Assembly (NCBI GenBank): GCA_013115145.1
Contig: JAAPAO010000033.1
Coordinates: 58,483-122,482, forward strand
Reading direction: 5' to 3'
DNA length: 64,000 bases
Origin: Perkinsus chesapeaki ATCC PRA-425
Lineage: Eukaryota; Protista; Perkinsozoa
Positions 52,549 through 64,000 of the stretch are shown here, in pieces. Under the pieces are notes generated by a model. It did no database searches. It was given only the letters and a program-made list of their open reading frames with translations, and was not told the origin of the DNA. The translations under genes and the position numbers were made by a program. Numbering within the stretch: position 1 is the stretch's first letter; every line of letters starts with the position of its first letter.

Positions 52549-55500
52549 ATGATCTGTTTTATCTGGTTACTCACCGTCACTATTTTGCTCCTCCAAATAG
52601 AACCCACTAACGCTGCTCCGCTCATACCAGCAAAGTGGATATCTCGGCAGTTCTGTCTGCAAGTGAGATCGTTCCGGCTATTCTACTTCCATTCCGTCTT
52701 GTCAGGCGACCGGCCCACACCTTAGCGTCTTTAACCTAAAGCCTCTTGCTCGTTCAAACGACAGTATCGCCGCTCTTACTAATATTACTATAGGCAGTTT
52801 CACCGGTGACGCCATAGTACTTGCGAACGTGTGCCAGGGTGAGTGCTGCTTTTTGCTCATCTGTAGTGTCAGTTATACTGCAGGCCTGCAGACCGAGCCT
52901 TTATTGGCTTCGTCTACCGGCAATGCCACTGTGGGAGCAATAAAGCTATCATCTGGGGATATAATAAGAGTTGGTGGCTGGGATAATACAGACTGGCATT
53001 TGGCCGATCGTAGAGGTGTGAACGAGTAAGTTGTACGGCCATAACTTATGGCGCCCTACATAGGGGGCAAAGGGCCCCCCCTGGGTTGACAGGGAGGGGG
53101 TGCTCTGCCCCCCTGGGTATGGGGGGGGGAGGGTTAGTTTGAGAATTCGTCCTGAGTTGCACGGGCCCCGTGCATTTCGCTCCCAGTAGTTGCCTATCAA
53201 ACCAGGAAAACCCCAAGGTATTCGATAGCGCCGCGAAGTCGAGTGTAGCGATTGTTTTTCTCATTGAAATTGGTACGAATTGTGTTCCCGGCAGCCCGGC
53301 GGGCTGCCCTTTGTATACTGCAGTGTCAGATTCTTGTATTACTTGACGAGAAATTTTCGTCTGGAACCGTGCTGTTTTTCCTCACAGAGCTACCTATCAT
53401 CCTCATTGTACTAGACTCTGATAACCTCAGTGTAACTTCAGCGCTCTGGGGAGGGTCAAGAGCGCCTTACGGGCAACCATGAAAGATGAGGAATGAGATT
53501 GACTATTTCGTTGACACTTTCACAGAGATGTCGTTTATCGAATAGAGTCGAAAAAAACGGCCTACGATTTCATAGCCGGAACTGACTTCAGGCGCAAACA
53601 CTTCGCGTCTTCCCTGATGTTATAGGAGTTGGTACTCAAATCGAATGGACTTTACTCTTTGAGTTGAGAAAGAGAGAAAAATTTCCTCAACTCATAGCCT
53701 ATGAGTCATAGGAAAAATTATCGGAAAAAAGGATAGGTGATTCAGAATTACTAATTCACACCATATAACTTGTTTGGTACAAGGGACCCGGGCACCGGCG
53801 TCGGGCCCCGGGGTGTGCCCCCCTGGGTTTCTGGAAGGTTGGGCGAAAACCGTTTTCGGTGGCCGTAAGGTCCTTATGGCCCATAAGGTCTCATCATCCA
53901 TTGAATATGTCTCAGGTCACTGGGCGTTAGATTAACTCATAAGGCAGGGGATAGTAAAGATTGTCGGTATGATAGAAATGGATGGGTGCTTCATCAAGAG
54001 TTCCCCTGTGACATCACAGCTGGAAGTGTCCCTCATATAGTCAAGTCACATTTCTATAACAATCCTGAGGGTAAGTAAGGCACACTTAGGCTTCTTTTCC
54101 TAGTGCGCGTCTATGATCGGCCTCTAGTAGATCTGATCTACTAGGTAATTATATATCCATAATTAATCTATTATTAATGATCTGTATAATTATCCCTCAG
54201 ATGGTTGCTCCATATACCTTTCCTATTCCCCCACATCAGCGGCCTGCCCTATACTCCATCTCGATGTAGTCTCCCAGCTATTTGACCCTCATGAGTACGA
54301 AACCGATAAGTCACCCCCTCTTATGTTATTTCTCTCTATCAGGCCGCGTTTATTAGGTGGGGTCCTCCTTGTGTTGGCAGGAATACCTTTATGTATTAGA
54401 GGGCTCAGAATGTCCAAGGCTGGGACGTTCATCACTGGTTTATCGCTCTTTGGTGCAGTAGCCTTTGGACTCCTAGCTCAACTAGCGTTTAATGATTCAA
54501 CTCATGATAACTATGATGATTCATGTAAATCGATACCTGTCCAAGATCCCCGCCTCCACTTTCATCTATTCAGATCGGGGATCCTCGGGTATCCTACCAC
54601 AGTACACAGTCCTCGAGACACTCTTTGTCGTAGCAGTATCCTTGATGACCGGCTATATAGCTGGTGAAGTATTCGTGAAGTGTATTCCGTTTCTCGTTGC
54701 TATGATTGGTGCTTGGGCTGGTTGCTTGCTGTGCTGGGTGTAGGAGTGCAACAGTTGTCTTGGCTGTTTTCAAAAGGTGCCTTGTTAGGATATTCGATGC
54801 TATTATGTCCCATATGGGCTCAGAAAGCTATAGCGGCGGTGGTGGTGGGTCTAATATGGAACATGAAAATATGATGTTTAACCCAGAAGAGGATGAAGAC
54901 AAGACTATAGCATGGCTGATGGGAGGGCCTAATAGTGATGATATACTTAAGAATACTATACAGGATTCCCTATCAACAGCTAGTGGTGGAATGACACGTT
55001 GCTTCCTGTATGCTGGTATGGCCATTTTGTCCTTTATATTCGGTAAAGCTATACTAAGTTATCTTTTGCGGGAAATTTCTCCTTTCCAGCCCTACTATCG
55101 GTCGAGTCCATGGTACCTTTCATTATAATGGCAACAGCTCTCATTGGAGCTTTCTTTATAGTGCAGGGGACTGGCAATATACTCTTCGCTATAAAGGGAG
55201 TGCAACCTGAGCAATCCTTGGCTGATCTCATTATAGAGTCTCCCTCAGGTGAGCAGCAGTTTTCAGTTGTATACCTGTCCTGTTGTATTCTTAGGTTTGT
55301 CTGGTTGGTTGGTTTTAATCCTCTTGCTTATACTATTCGCCTGGGGTGTGGCTGTACAATCAAAGAACTTCGATAAGGTCGTCCACTCCCTACCTACTTT
55401 CCCTTACCATTACAGAATACGGTTTATCAGGTTCTGTATCATACAACCAGCCTGTTATCTCCTCGAGGTAACGTCTCGAGTGACGTCCATGATGCTGCTG

Positions 55501-55559
55501 AGCCTAATGGTCCCCAGCCTTCGAGCGCGCTCTACCACAGGCTGGACGAGGCTCGCTGA
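52549..55559 (+). CDS. Signal peptide + unknown ectodomain + TMEM198/TM7SF3 (DUF4203)-like multi-pass domain
   Basis: Signal peptide MICFIWLLTVTILLLQIEPTNA. Exons splice in frame across an 890-bp intron to PRLLGGVLLVLAGIPLCIRGLRMSKAGTFITG...LFAWGVAVQ. C-terminal YHRL. Confidence 0.6.
53037..53888. mobile_element. Putative non-autonomous insertion (MITE/foldback-like) inside intron 53026-53915
   Basis: GC-rich and non-coding. Imperfect terminal inverted repeats (GGCCATAA at 53037 / TTATGGCC at 53874), many internal palindromes, and GC6-7TGGGT three times. No TSD found. Confidence 0.5.
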
Positions 55560-55669
55560 GGCTCGTGTTTCTTATGCTCTTTTTGGACGGAAGCGTCTTG
55601 CCTTTGTCAATTCGGTTAATGAGCGTGTTCTTACGCAGCAGCTTTCGCTTGTTGATTGGTGTCGGGAGT

Positions 55670-57989
55670 ATGGGTATAACACAGTCGAGGCCACCAACAG
55701 TCGATGGCGTTATGGAAATGATAAACCAAATGTGCGAGGACGATCGCAGTGAAGTCATGAGACTGTTACTGACAAGTGATGGAAAGGAAAGCATCAATAG
55801 ACTAGTATGTCATCTACGATGGCTATCCTCCCTTACATGTTACCTCTCTTCAGTCATTATGGAGCATTATGACGCATAGAGCCATCACCAACCTAGATAG
55901 ACAAGAGTATCTTGATCGCGGTGTTGTCTGCTATAGCGGGATATGCCCGTGCTGTAGGAAGCCTGTGTGTATTGATGTAAACTGTCGAACAAGAGAAAAG
56001 GATGTCACTAGTAGGTATGTCTGTGTACAATGTATTACAAGTTCCCTTGTAGATCCGCAGAAGGCTACCGATTCCCGATACGCCTACGTTACAGTACTTT
56101 ACGGTTCAAAACCTAGCTATTTCCTACAAGCTCTGGTCTGCGGATGGGGCCTCCGATCGATGAATTCATGCCATGATTTAGTGGTGGGTACTTACCTTAC
56201 CGACGTGACAAGTCTTCCTTTGTCCCCAGCTCGTCCACACCAAAGACGTCCCAATGGCTTACTTGAAGTGCCTACAACAAGTCTTCACTCGACTACATGT
56301 TGTGGAGTACATCACCTGTTGTAAACGGCTTCTTGCCGGGGAGCAATCGACACGCTTCGATTTAGTAACGAATGGTACCCCAGTGTACTAGAGGGCTTTT
56401 TTAGGTGTTCACGAAGCTTAGATGCCTAGAGCTAGATCAACTGGGCTACGATAAGATTGTCCTGGTAGACTCCGATACATTATCAGTTAGTAACATGGAT
56501 GACTTGTTTGACCTACAAGCCCCAGCAGCAATGAAAAGAGGTGCTTATCAACCGGTACATGGTTCAATGTTCCGGGCTGAGTCTCTCTACTCTAAAGGAT
56601 GGTAGATTACTGCTTATAATCTACCCCTTACACTAATCGTTACAGGTGGGGCAACGCTACGGGTATCAATGCTGGTATAATGCTACTAAAACCTGATAGC
56701 TGGGAACTAGAACAAATGATAGAAGAAATAACAGACGATACTCATCCAGAGCATTGTTATTGTAACGGACCTGAACAGGACTATCTATCACGTTACTACT
56801 CCGATTGGAGGCATGTCAGTTGCAGGTCAGGGCTCCTGCCTCGGATAGTTCTGTAATGTTGTTGTCTTCAGGTATAACTTTCAGCTGCACCATTTATATT
56901 TCAACTGTCTAGACAGCCCATTCTATCACAACATTGAATGGAATACTGTATCGAAAGATGATGTTAAGATGTTTCACTATAGCACCGAAACCAAACCCAG
57001 TGATTGGGTACTGGAAAAGATACTTGCGTCGATTGATGGTGTGTTGCCATAATGACCCTTTAGCACAAACTTCTCCTGCTCCAGGTCGTTTACCTGAGGA
57101 CTTAGACTCCTTTGCGCTGACTATGAGATCCAGACTACCCAGCTATGTCGGGCTGTGTGCAGTGGATCCTTCCGTTACTCTTGGTATGCCGCCCTCTGGC
57201 TGGTCATTTCCGTGAGGAATAATACCAGGGTCGATTATAAATCTAGCTACTATCAGATACGGCACGTATATGTCAAGCGATTGGGTTCGTACACGGTATT
57301 GGTATGAGTGGGTCTGCCCCTCTCCCACAGTGTCGACGTGCAACAGCAGCACTCAAGAAGGGGCCAGTTCAGCTTCGAGTGACAACGAGCAACGATATTC
57401 CGATGAGGATGGCAAATCTGAGTCTCCTGGCTGGGAAATGCGTGAGATGCCAGAGCCCGTGAGCCAGAAAGCTCTAAAACGCGCGGACGACATCACCGTT
57501 TCTGCCTTCAACGATTGGTATAAGGCTTACTTGAACGTGAGAGAGCATCTTGCAAGCTGTGGACTAAACCTAGAGCGTATTTTACAAGATGGCCTATGTG
57601 GCACTCTCTGTGCTGGGTGTAATAATGTACTCCCGTCGACCAAGACAGGACCGTTCCCAGTTTGCGTGGATACCCCGCATGATGATCAATACTGCATTGA
57701 CTGTTGTGAAAGCTGGGAGACTATACATATGTGGGATGAAGACCATAACGCTAACACATCGAGGGTGCCCTGCGAGCAAGAAGACGAAGAATGGGCACCT
57801 TGGGAAATCGATACCGTTGCAGAGTTTGAAAGAGTGAACCGCTATAGAGCTCGTCCTAGGTGTATATCCCCCAATGAAGGGTGGATGGTTCTTGGGCGGC
57901 ATGTTCGCGCTGGTGAATGCCCATCAGAGTATCTACACGTCGGTACAGCAACCTGGTCTTCTAAAGCCTTCCGTAATAATGCCTGCTAG
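55670..57989 (+). CDS. GT8 family (glycogenin-like) glycosyltransferase with flanking Cys-rich segments
   Basis: YAYVTVLYG...ALVCGWGLR, FTKLRCLEL..YDKIVLVDSDTL...NMDDLFDL..PAA, GINAGIMLLKPD, PEQDYLSRYY. Confidence 0.85.
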
Positions 57990-58013
57990 CAACTGTTATA
58001 TTGAAAGGCAGGT

Positions 58014-58536
58014 ATGAGCTTCATCCTCAAACTTTCAACAGAAGCTGGCCCGGCGAATCAGCCTACCAGAGTTATAGAAATAGTAGACAGCAGACACAAT
58101 ACGATCATCACAATTGACCCCCGAGGGACTGCCACTGTCCCGTGCTCACTGGGCTCAAACCACCAAGTCACTTGTCCACTGCTTGAACCAGGCTCCACCG
58201 CTAGGTTCGACCTAATGGTAACGTTCAGGGCGGTCACGCTAAGCTACACATTGTGCTATATGTAGTTGTTTATTTGCTCAGATTCGGTTGGTACCATCAC
58301 CTCACCTTCAAGAAGTTGCGGTACAAGAGATTTGTACAGGAGGATCGCCGCCACCGCCGACAGTTTACAATGCGGGACCAGCTACAGCCGAATGTGTACG
58401 AATACGAGCAGGCAACAACAGTGCTATGTCTCTGGTTTTTCAGACATTGCCGGTGGGACCTAACTATCATGTGTTCATAGGAGACAATATTGAGAGTGTT
58501 AATTCACTGTATGATTTGCTTATCACTCCGCAATAA
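58014..58536 (+). CDS. Small two-exon hypothetical beta-rich protein
   Basis: Exon 58014-58217 splices in phase 0 (gtaac...ctcag) to the reading frame ending at TAA 58536. Confidence 0.5.
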
Positions 58537-59195
58537 ATTAGGAGTTCATGCATAGAGCCACAGCCGAGTGCGTTTCCATAACATACTCTTTGTGTTATAA
58601 GTCATGTAATGTCCCTTCTGTGAGTAGCTAAGATATTATCGTAGAACACTAGCTATCTAATATTATCATACCCCTAGTGTATCCCTCCCAGTATCGAAAT
58701 GGAGCTCTTTAACTGGTATGCGTCATGCGCCATACCCCAAATTGTGTAGCGCCTCCTTGAGGCGGAGACAGCAGATATCTTGTTTAGTATACGCGTGCCT
58801 GTTACTACATATTTTAGCATCGTGTATTGCATAAGTCACGTCAAGCGCCATCACTATTCGATGACCATCAGTGCACAAACCACCTGAAGAGAGGGAGTTG
58901 TATCATATATCACGGCTCCCTAGAGGCCCGAGGGCTTATCAGCAGAATTACACAAAAGCTGTCCCTCCTTCCTACGTCGCACAAGTGGTGGGCTATGTAG
59001 GCTAGTAGCTAGCTTGGTGACCCCCAGAAACGTGCAATTTGCCCCGTATTCAAGAGATTTGTCGGCTACGAAACATGAGTTGTTCGTAGCTACATTCGGA
59101 TGCTTGCGAGGAACGGTTGGAGCGTGAGGCGTATCGTGGGTTATAACGGTAACAATTTCGTTTCATTTAGTTTTATTAAGGCTCTGACTTCCTCC

Positions 59196-60470
59196 ATGTC
59201 CTCTCCTGCTGTGGAGCCCGCTACCGATCGAGAGGTGAGCAATACCTCTGATATCGTAGAAGAGAAAAAGACAACACCTGTGCCAACTGTTGACTGGTCC
59301 TTGAAGGCTCAGTTCTGTGTCATCGGTTGTGTATCTCTCCTTGGTTGGAACTTTATCCTAGGAGAATTGGGTACATTGATTGACGCATTTGGTGCTTCAT
59401 ACGGTACTTGGGTTTCTATGTTTTATTCTCTCTTCATTAACATAGGCCAGTTAATGCTGGTTTATGTTGGTAATAGATTTAAGTTCGGTCCTCGCTTTTA
59501 TATCGGCTGTGTCGGTATGGGTGTATCCATGATGGTTATTGCCGTTTGTGCCATCACCTTCGCCAGGGCTAATCACGTGGCTGGCTTTGTATGCGGTTGC
59601 TTACTCATCGCCATTTTCGGTTTCTCCAATGCTCTCATGGAGTCCTCTATGTTCGGTTTGGCTGCTCTTGTAACAGCTGATTGCACGAAATGGATTATGG
59701 TTGGTGAAGGCTTTGCCGGCTTGCTCGCTTGGCCCGTCAACAAGCTCTGTCAAGTGATTGTTGAGGCCTGCGGTGCTGACGACCCATCCGACATGATGTA
59801 TATTAGAATGGTCGTGTTCTACTTTGTTGGTATGATTGGTAACTTGGCTATCATCCCTATGTACAAGTATGCTATGGAACCTCATCCCTACATGATTGAT
59901 GTCTTAAAGATCCAGCAGGATAGAGTTAAGTTCCAGTTGAAGAAGACAATGAAGCGTCCTGTAGGACAGGTTATCAAAGATAGTCTTCCTCAAGCCTTCA
60001 ATGTATGGCTTAACTTTACCATTACCTTCACTACTTTCCCTTGGCTAATCTTCGAGATGACTCCCTCATCTCTTAGCGTTGGTTCGTTCGGTCAGTTGAT
60101 GACATACTGCTTCCAGGTCTTCGATACTCTGGGCAGATTTTCTCCCAACCTTCATGTTAAGCTTGGAAAGAGAGCTACCCGGTATGTATGTATCGGCCGT
60201 TTAATTTTCATTCCCTTGATGTTCCTTTGTGTCCACATAGCAGCTACCCCATTCGATGATGATTGGTTCCGATTCATCGTCATGGCTTTACTTTCAGCCA
60301 CCAATGGTTGTGTAGCTACATGGTGTATGATACACGGACCTTCCCAGGTCGATCAGGAGGAGAAGGAAGAGCTCGAGATTGCCGGTTACGTTATGGCATT
60401 TGCCTTGGTGTTCGGTATCTTCAGTGGCTCTATTATCGCTATTATTATTCAGCAGAGTGCTTATATCTAA
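59196..60470 (+). CDS. Equilibrative nucleoside transporter (ENT/SLC29), intronless
   Basis: GCVSLLGWNFIL, ESSMFGLAAL, MVGEGFAGL, VWLNFTITFTTFP, FQVFDTLGR, LSATNG; about 11 TM helices. Confidence 0.93.
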   Translation: MSSPAVEPATDREVSNTSDIVEEKKTTPVPTVDWSLKAQFCVIGCVSLLGWNFILGELGTLIDAFGASYGTWVSMFYSLFINIGQLMLVYVGNRFKFGPRFYIGCVGMGVSMMVIAVCAITFARANHVAGFVCGCLLIAIFGFSNALMESSMFGLAALVTADCTKWIMVGEGFAGLLAWPVNKLCQVIVEACGADDPSDMMYIRMVVFYFVGMIGNLAIIPMYKYAMEPHPYMIDVLKIQQDRVKFQLKKTMKRPVGQVIKDSLPQAFNVWLNFTITFTTFPWLIFEMTPSSLSVGSFGQLMTYCFQVFDTLGRFSPNLHVKLGKRATRYVCIGRLIFIPLMFLCVHIAATPFDDDWFRFIVMALLSATNGCVATWCMIHGPSQVDQEEKEELEIAGYVMAFALVFGIFSGSIIAIIIQQSAYI

Positions 60471-61432
60471 AAGCCCTCCCGTATGTTGAGGAATGATTGA
60501 TATAATACTTTCTTACAATAACTATTTGAACTACTGTACATGAAGCAGCTTCTGTTTCATGTGTAAATGTTATAATCATTACGCAAAGCGTATATGACTG
60601 TAGATAAGAATGACAATACGTTTTTCTCTGTGTGTACAGTAAATGTTGTAACTTTTTCTACTGTGCGATTTTTGAGGAGTTTATTCCCTCAGCACCTCTA
60701 TAAGCACTGGTTCCCATTGGCTCGCGTAATCGCGGTGTCCTGTATTTCGGGCAGTGTACGCCGTCGTGAATAATCTCCCAAGAGTTTGGTTTCTCATCGA
60801 TAATCATCTAACCGAGTAGTGTTTGTCAAATGCCTCTATTAGTGTATACTGTTGTTCAACTCTGTTAGGATCTCTGGGAAGTGTCTTCTTGATAATCGGT
60901 GTTGGAGTATAGATGGTTTTTTAGCTCAAGTCAATCAAAATTTTTGGTGTCCTTGTTTCGTACTGTCTTGCCTTACATTCATTTTCAGACTTTGACGAAG
61001 CGTCTATAGCCCGCGTTGGACGCTTTGATTAATAAGCACTGTAACAACTCAACACAAGCTCTTTCTCGAGTAAACTATCCGAATAATCTTATCCATCTAC
61101 ATACAAATGGAATAACCAGTGTATAATTGAACAGTTATGGACTTAACGAATCTCTCGGATGGAGAATACGAAGGATATCAATGATGTTGAAGGAGATAAC
61201 AATGGATAATCAAGCATTAATACACCACTACAACAAAGTAGCGGTGACATCTGCTATTTCCCTACGACCAGCAGTTAGGTAGCACAAGCGTCATTTACTA
61301 TAAATACATACAGCAAGAGCCATTCCTTACTATTTTATATATTACGAATATTCAAAGGAACGGCCTGTTGCCGAACAGCAGCTGCTGCTGCTTATATCGG
61401 CTCTATTACTTAGACGTTGTTGGTAGAACGAG

Positions 61433-62593
61433 TTAGAACCGTCTATCTCGGCTTCTACTTCGCGATCTACGGCGGCTTGAATCCTGTACCGCAGAGTAGT
61501 CAGGAATGACAGAAGACTCCATTGATGAAGATCCTGTAGAGGGACCGGCAGGCATCCCCTCAGGGTTGGCTGGAGGCGCGAAACTGTGCGGTGTACCACA
61601 CTTCCTGCATACTTGCCTAGAGGCAAAGTTCATATCACCGCAGTTGGGACAGTCCCAGTCACCTGAACGTTAGATATAACGGTGTATAGTAGAGTAAATA
61701 TAATTTACTAAGTCTTACCCGGCCTTCTCACTTGTCCACCACCACCACCTTTACCCTTGCCATAGTACCCGGGCCAACTTCCTCCCCATCTACATACCGA
61801 CCGATTTAATCCTTACTAACGCTTAATAACCAATTGCTAATCATTCCACCACACACGAAGGAAACAAGACCCTTTTATGAACCGTCCACTACAAATCCGA
61901 TGTTCCCAGTATTACCCGCCCCAAGCAGGCCACCTGAAAAAAACAAGTGGGCGAATATAGGGTCATGAAGCATCTTACATAGGTGGCATCCCTCCAGCAG
62001 CATCAGGTGCACCATAAGCATCATATCCTAAAATTATAAAAGGCATCATTCGAATGATCCAAGACCTCCTTCTTGCCTGGCATGCCATATGCGCTCATCA
62101 TTTGATATGCTGCAGCAGCTGCCATATATTCAGCTTCTAGTGTAGCTGGGTCCGGAGGGGGTGCCCCCTTCGGTGCTCCACAGCTACGGCAATACTCATT
62201 ACGAGCAAATTGATGGTCGCCGCAGGTATTGCAGAACCTATCATAATATAGGTTGAACTCCTCCTTCACACTAGCCACTACCAATCTCCTTCACGCACTT
62301 CTTGCTTATGCTTGGGCCGACCTATGAAAACTAAATTAGGGAAAATGGTGATACCTTAGCCTACCCCATCCAGCCCCCATGTTGTACATGGCACTACGAT
62401 CACCCGATCCCCATCCCAGACCACCATCACGAGCCTCATCAAAGCTATCGGGCGGCGCCCCACCATACCCTCCCGTTACTTGATGATCATTAGAGCCCAT
62501 AGGGACTCCTTCTGGTGGTGTTTGTATCAGATGAGATTCAGCAGCATGAGGTGGCGGATTACCCCATGACGAGGATGATGGGTAGTTACTCAT
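61433..62593 (-). CDS. RNA-binding protein with two RanBP2-type zinc fingers and an RS tail (ZRANB2-like)
   Basis: GDWFCNTCGDHQFARNEYCRSCGAPK and GDWDCPNCGDMNFASRQVCRKCGTP, ending SRRRSRSRSRDRRF. Confidence 0.8.
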
Positions 62594-62713
62594 TACAACA
62601 ACAAGCTATCCTGCTGGGGAAGCATAACGAGCCATACCGTAATCCCCAACTCATAACTATCAAGAATGGAAAACTCGATTGAAACTATTCCAGATGTCAA
62701 TAACTAGTGACAT

Positions 62714-63851
62714 TCACTCATCTGATCCGAGCCACTTCTCAAGGAGTCTCTCTTCCACTCCTTCCAGAGCGAACCTGAGGGATGATGAGGAAGCCACTCC
62801 CAACTGGTGACCCTTTGGTACTACTTATGCTGTACAATATCCAGGTTTTCCCTCTGTGTCTCAAATGCCTTCTTAACATCTGACCCGCCGCCCATTGGCA
62901 TTGGTGGTGGCGGTGGTGCCATCATGCCACCCATCATCATCATATCCTCACCAGATGTATCCGCTGCAGCAGCCATTGCCGCCTCATCGCCAGATGACCT
63001 AGTCAACTGATACTACCTGCCATCCATTAAAGGCAGTCTTACCTTAGCTGTTGATAAAGCTGCATGATACCCTGACTACTCATAGATACGAAGAAGTATA
63101 AAGACAGGGATGATACATAAGATGTATCCAAAGCAGGAACATCAACACCACGTTGGAGCATGGATTTGACCTGTTACGATAATGTAGTTAATTGGAAAGG
63201 CGGTATGCTGACCTTGAATGTTAAAGGGAAAGGTGTCTTAGCTACAAGGAAGCCACTGAAGAGGTGTGATACCCAATAACCCAATGTACCATGGATACCT
63301 GGTATGGCATAAACCAATGTTGATTTAATAGACAAGTTTTACCCAAAAACATGAACTGATTTTTCATCATTCCAGTAGCCATGCTAGGATCAGATTGTGC
63401 TTGCATCATAGCATCCATGGCATTCTTTTGAGGTGGCACCTATCAACAGCTATAAGCCATCTCATACCCTTCACCGACTCTCTAGTGATACCTGCCAGAG
63501 TAGCCCTTGATCTTTCTTGAGGTAGAGCGCCTTCTTGGCTTGAAAGGCTTTCTCAGTTAGGAAATGCCCGTTTGCCTTCAACAACTTGGCACGAGTAAAC
63601 AACTTCTGCTTTTTGACCTCATCCGGGTCCGCTTTTGGTGTCGCCCGTCCTGAGCCCGATTAACCATGCTCCTTGCTCGTCTATGCCATCCCTTTATTAA
63701 CTCCATTATACTCCCCATTCATTTAGCTACAACTATTACCTAATATTTGCATCAGATTCATCCGTATAATATTACTCATGATCACAACTACCACAATTGG
63801 TATAAGGACGAAGTCCCGAATCAACGGGTCCAATAGGATAGGTGTAGTCAT
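62714..63851 (-). CDS. EMC3: ER membrane protein complex subunit 3
   Basis: LLDPLIRDFVLIPIV, LFSGFLVAK.PFPLT.KVKSMLQRGVDVPALDTSYVSSLSLYF, DVKKAFETQRENLDIVQH. Confidence 0.9.
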
Positions 63852-64000
63852 GATCAAACAACAATCTTCACAAATCAGCAGGAGCAGCCATCAATCTCGG
63901 CCTCCTGGGCGGGCGCTAACTCAACGTATTGTTTGTGCTTGTGCAAAGCCAACTTCAATAATAACTCAAGTAGATCTGGTTTGGGAGAACGGTTTCCGCT

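Noticed and set aside
53605-53680. ctgatg...gaaa in the intronic insertion as a possible hammerhead ribozyme core
   Set aside because: It reads CTGATGT rather than CTGANGA and the three stems do not assemble.
60905-60935. tttttagctcaag, similar to the 3' end of the dinoflagellate/Perkinsus spliced leader
   Set aside because: Only a short partial match, not followed by an ATG or by an SL-RNA GT donor and Sm site. I found no convincing SL relic or SL RNA gene in the window.
60480-61330. About 850 bp non-genic stretch at the ENT/ZRANB2-like convergent junction with a possible small exon (DFDEASIARVGRFD*)
   Set aside because: No consistent start-to-stop model; probably UTRs or a decayed fragment.

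Overview
Gene-dense eukaryotic genomic window with about 33 protein-coding genes, most split by very short (~30-60 bp) GT-AG introns. No tRNA, rRNA or CRISPR was seen. Gene content (myzozoan-type COX4-like subunit, RAP-domain protein, Plasmodium-like arginase C-terminus) and low-complexity AT-rich introns point to a Perkinsus-like alveolate (inference). Genes lie in co-directional blocks with very short spacers, and an AG usually sits just upstream of the ATG. The three divergent junctions share a TC(T/C)TGC-type motif. Recognisable genes: U2AF65, RPT5, a divergent histone H3, arginase, CCDC130, RING-H2, G-patch, RAP protein, SLC35B4-like transporter, DUSP-USP, a GT47-FkbM fusion, BSD protein, CK2beta, COX4-like, TFIIB-like, phytochelatin synthase, a class I methyltransferase, condensin II CAP-G2, USO1/p115-like, TMEM198-like, GT8, ENT, ZRANB2-like and EMC3. 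Best leads: the H3 variant lacking T3/K36/K56, the secreted GT47-methyltransferase fusion, a palindrome-packed ~850 bp insertion inside an intron, a phytochelatin synthase with an N-terminal Cys-rich segment, and a U2AF65 with a degenerate RRM2. Gene models were spliced by eye, so boundaries of the hypothetical genes are approximate and family calls come from motif recognition, not database searches.
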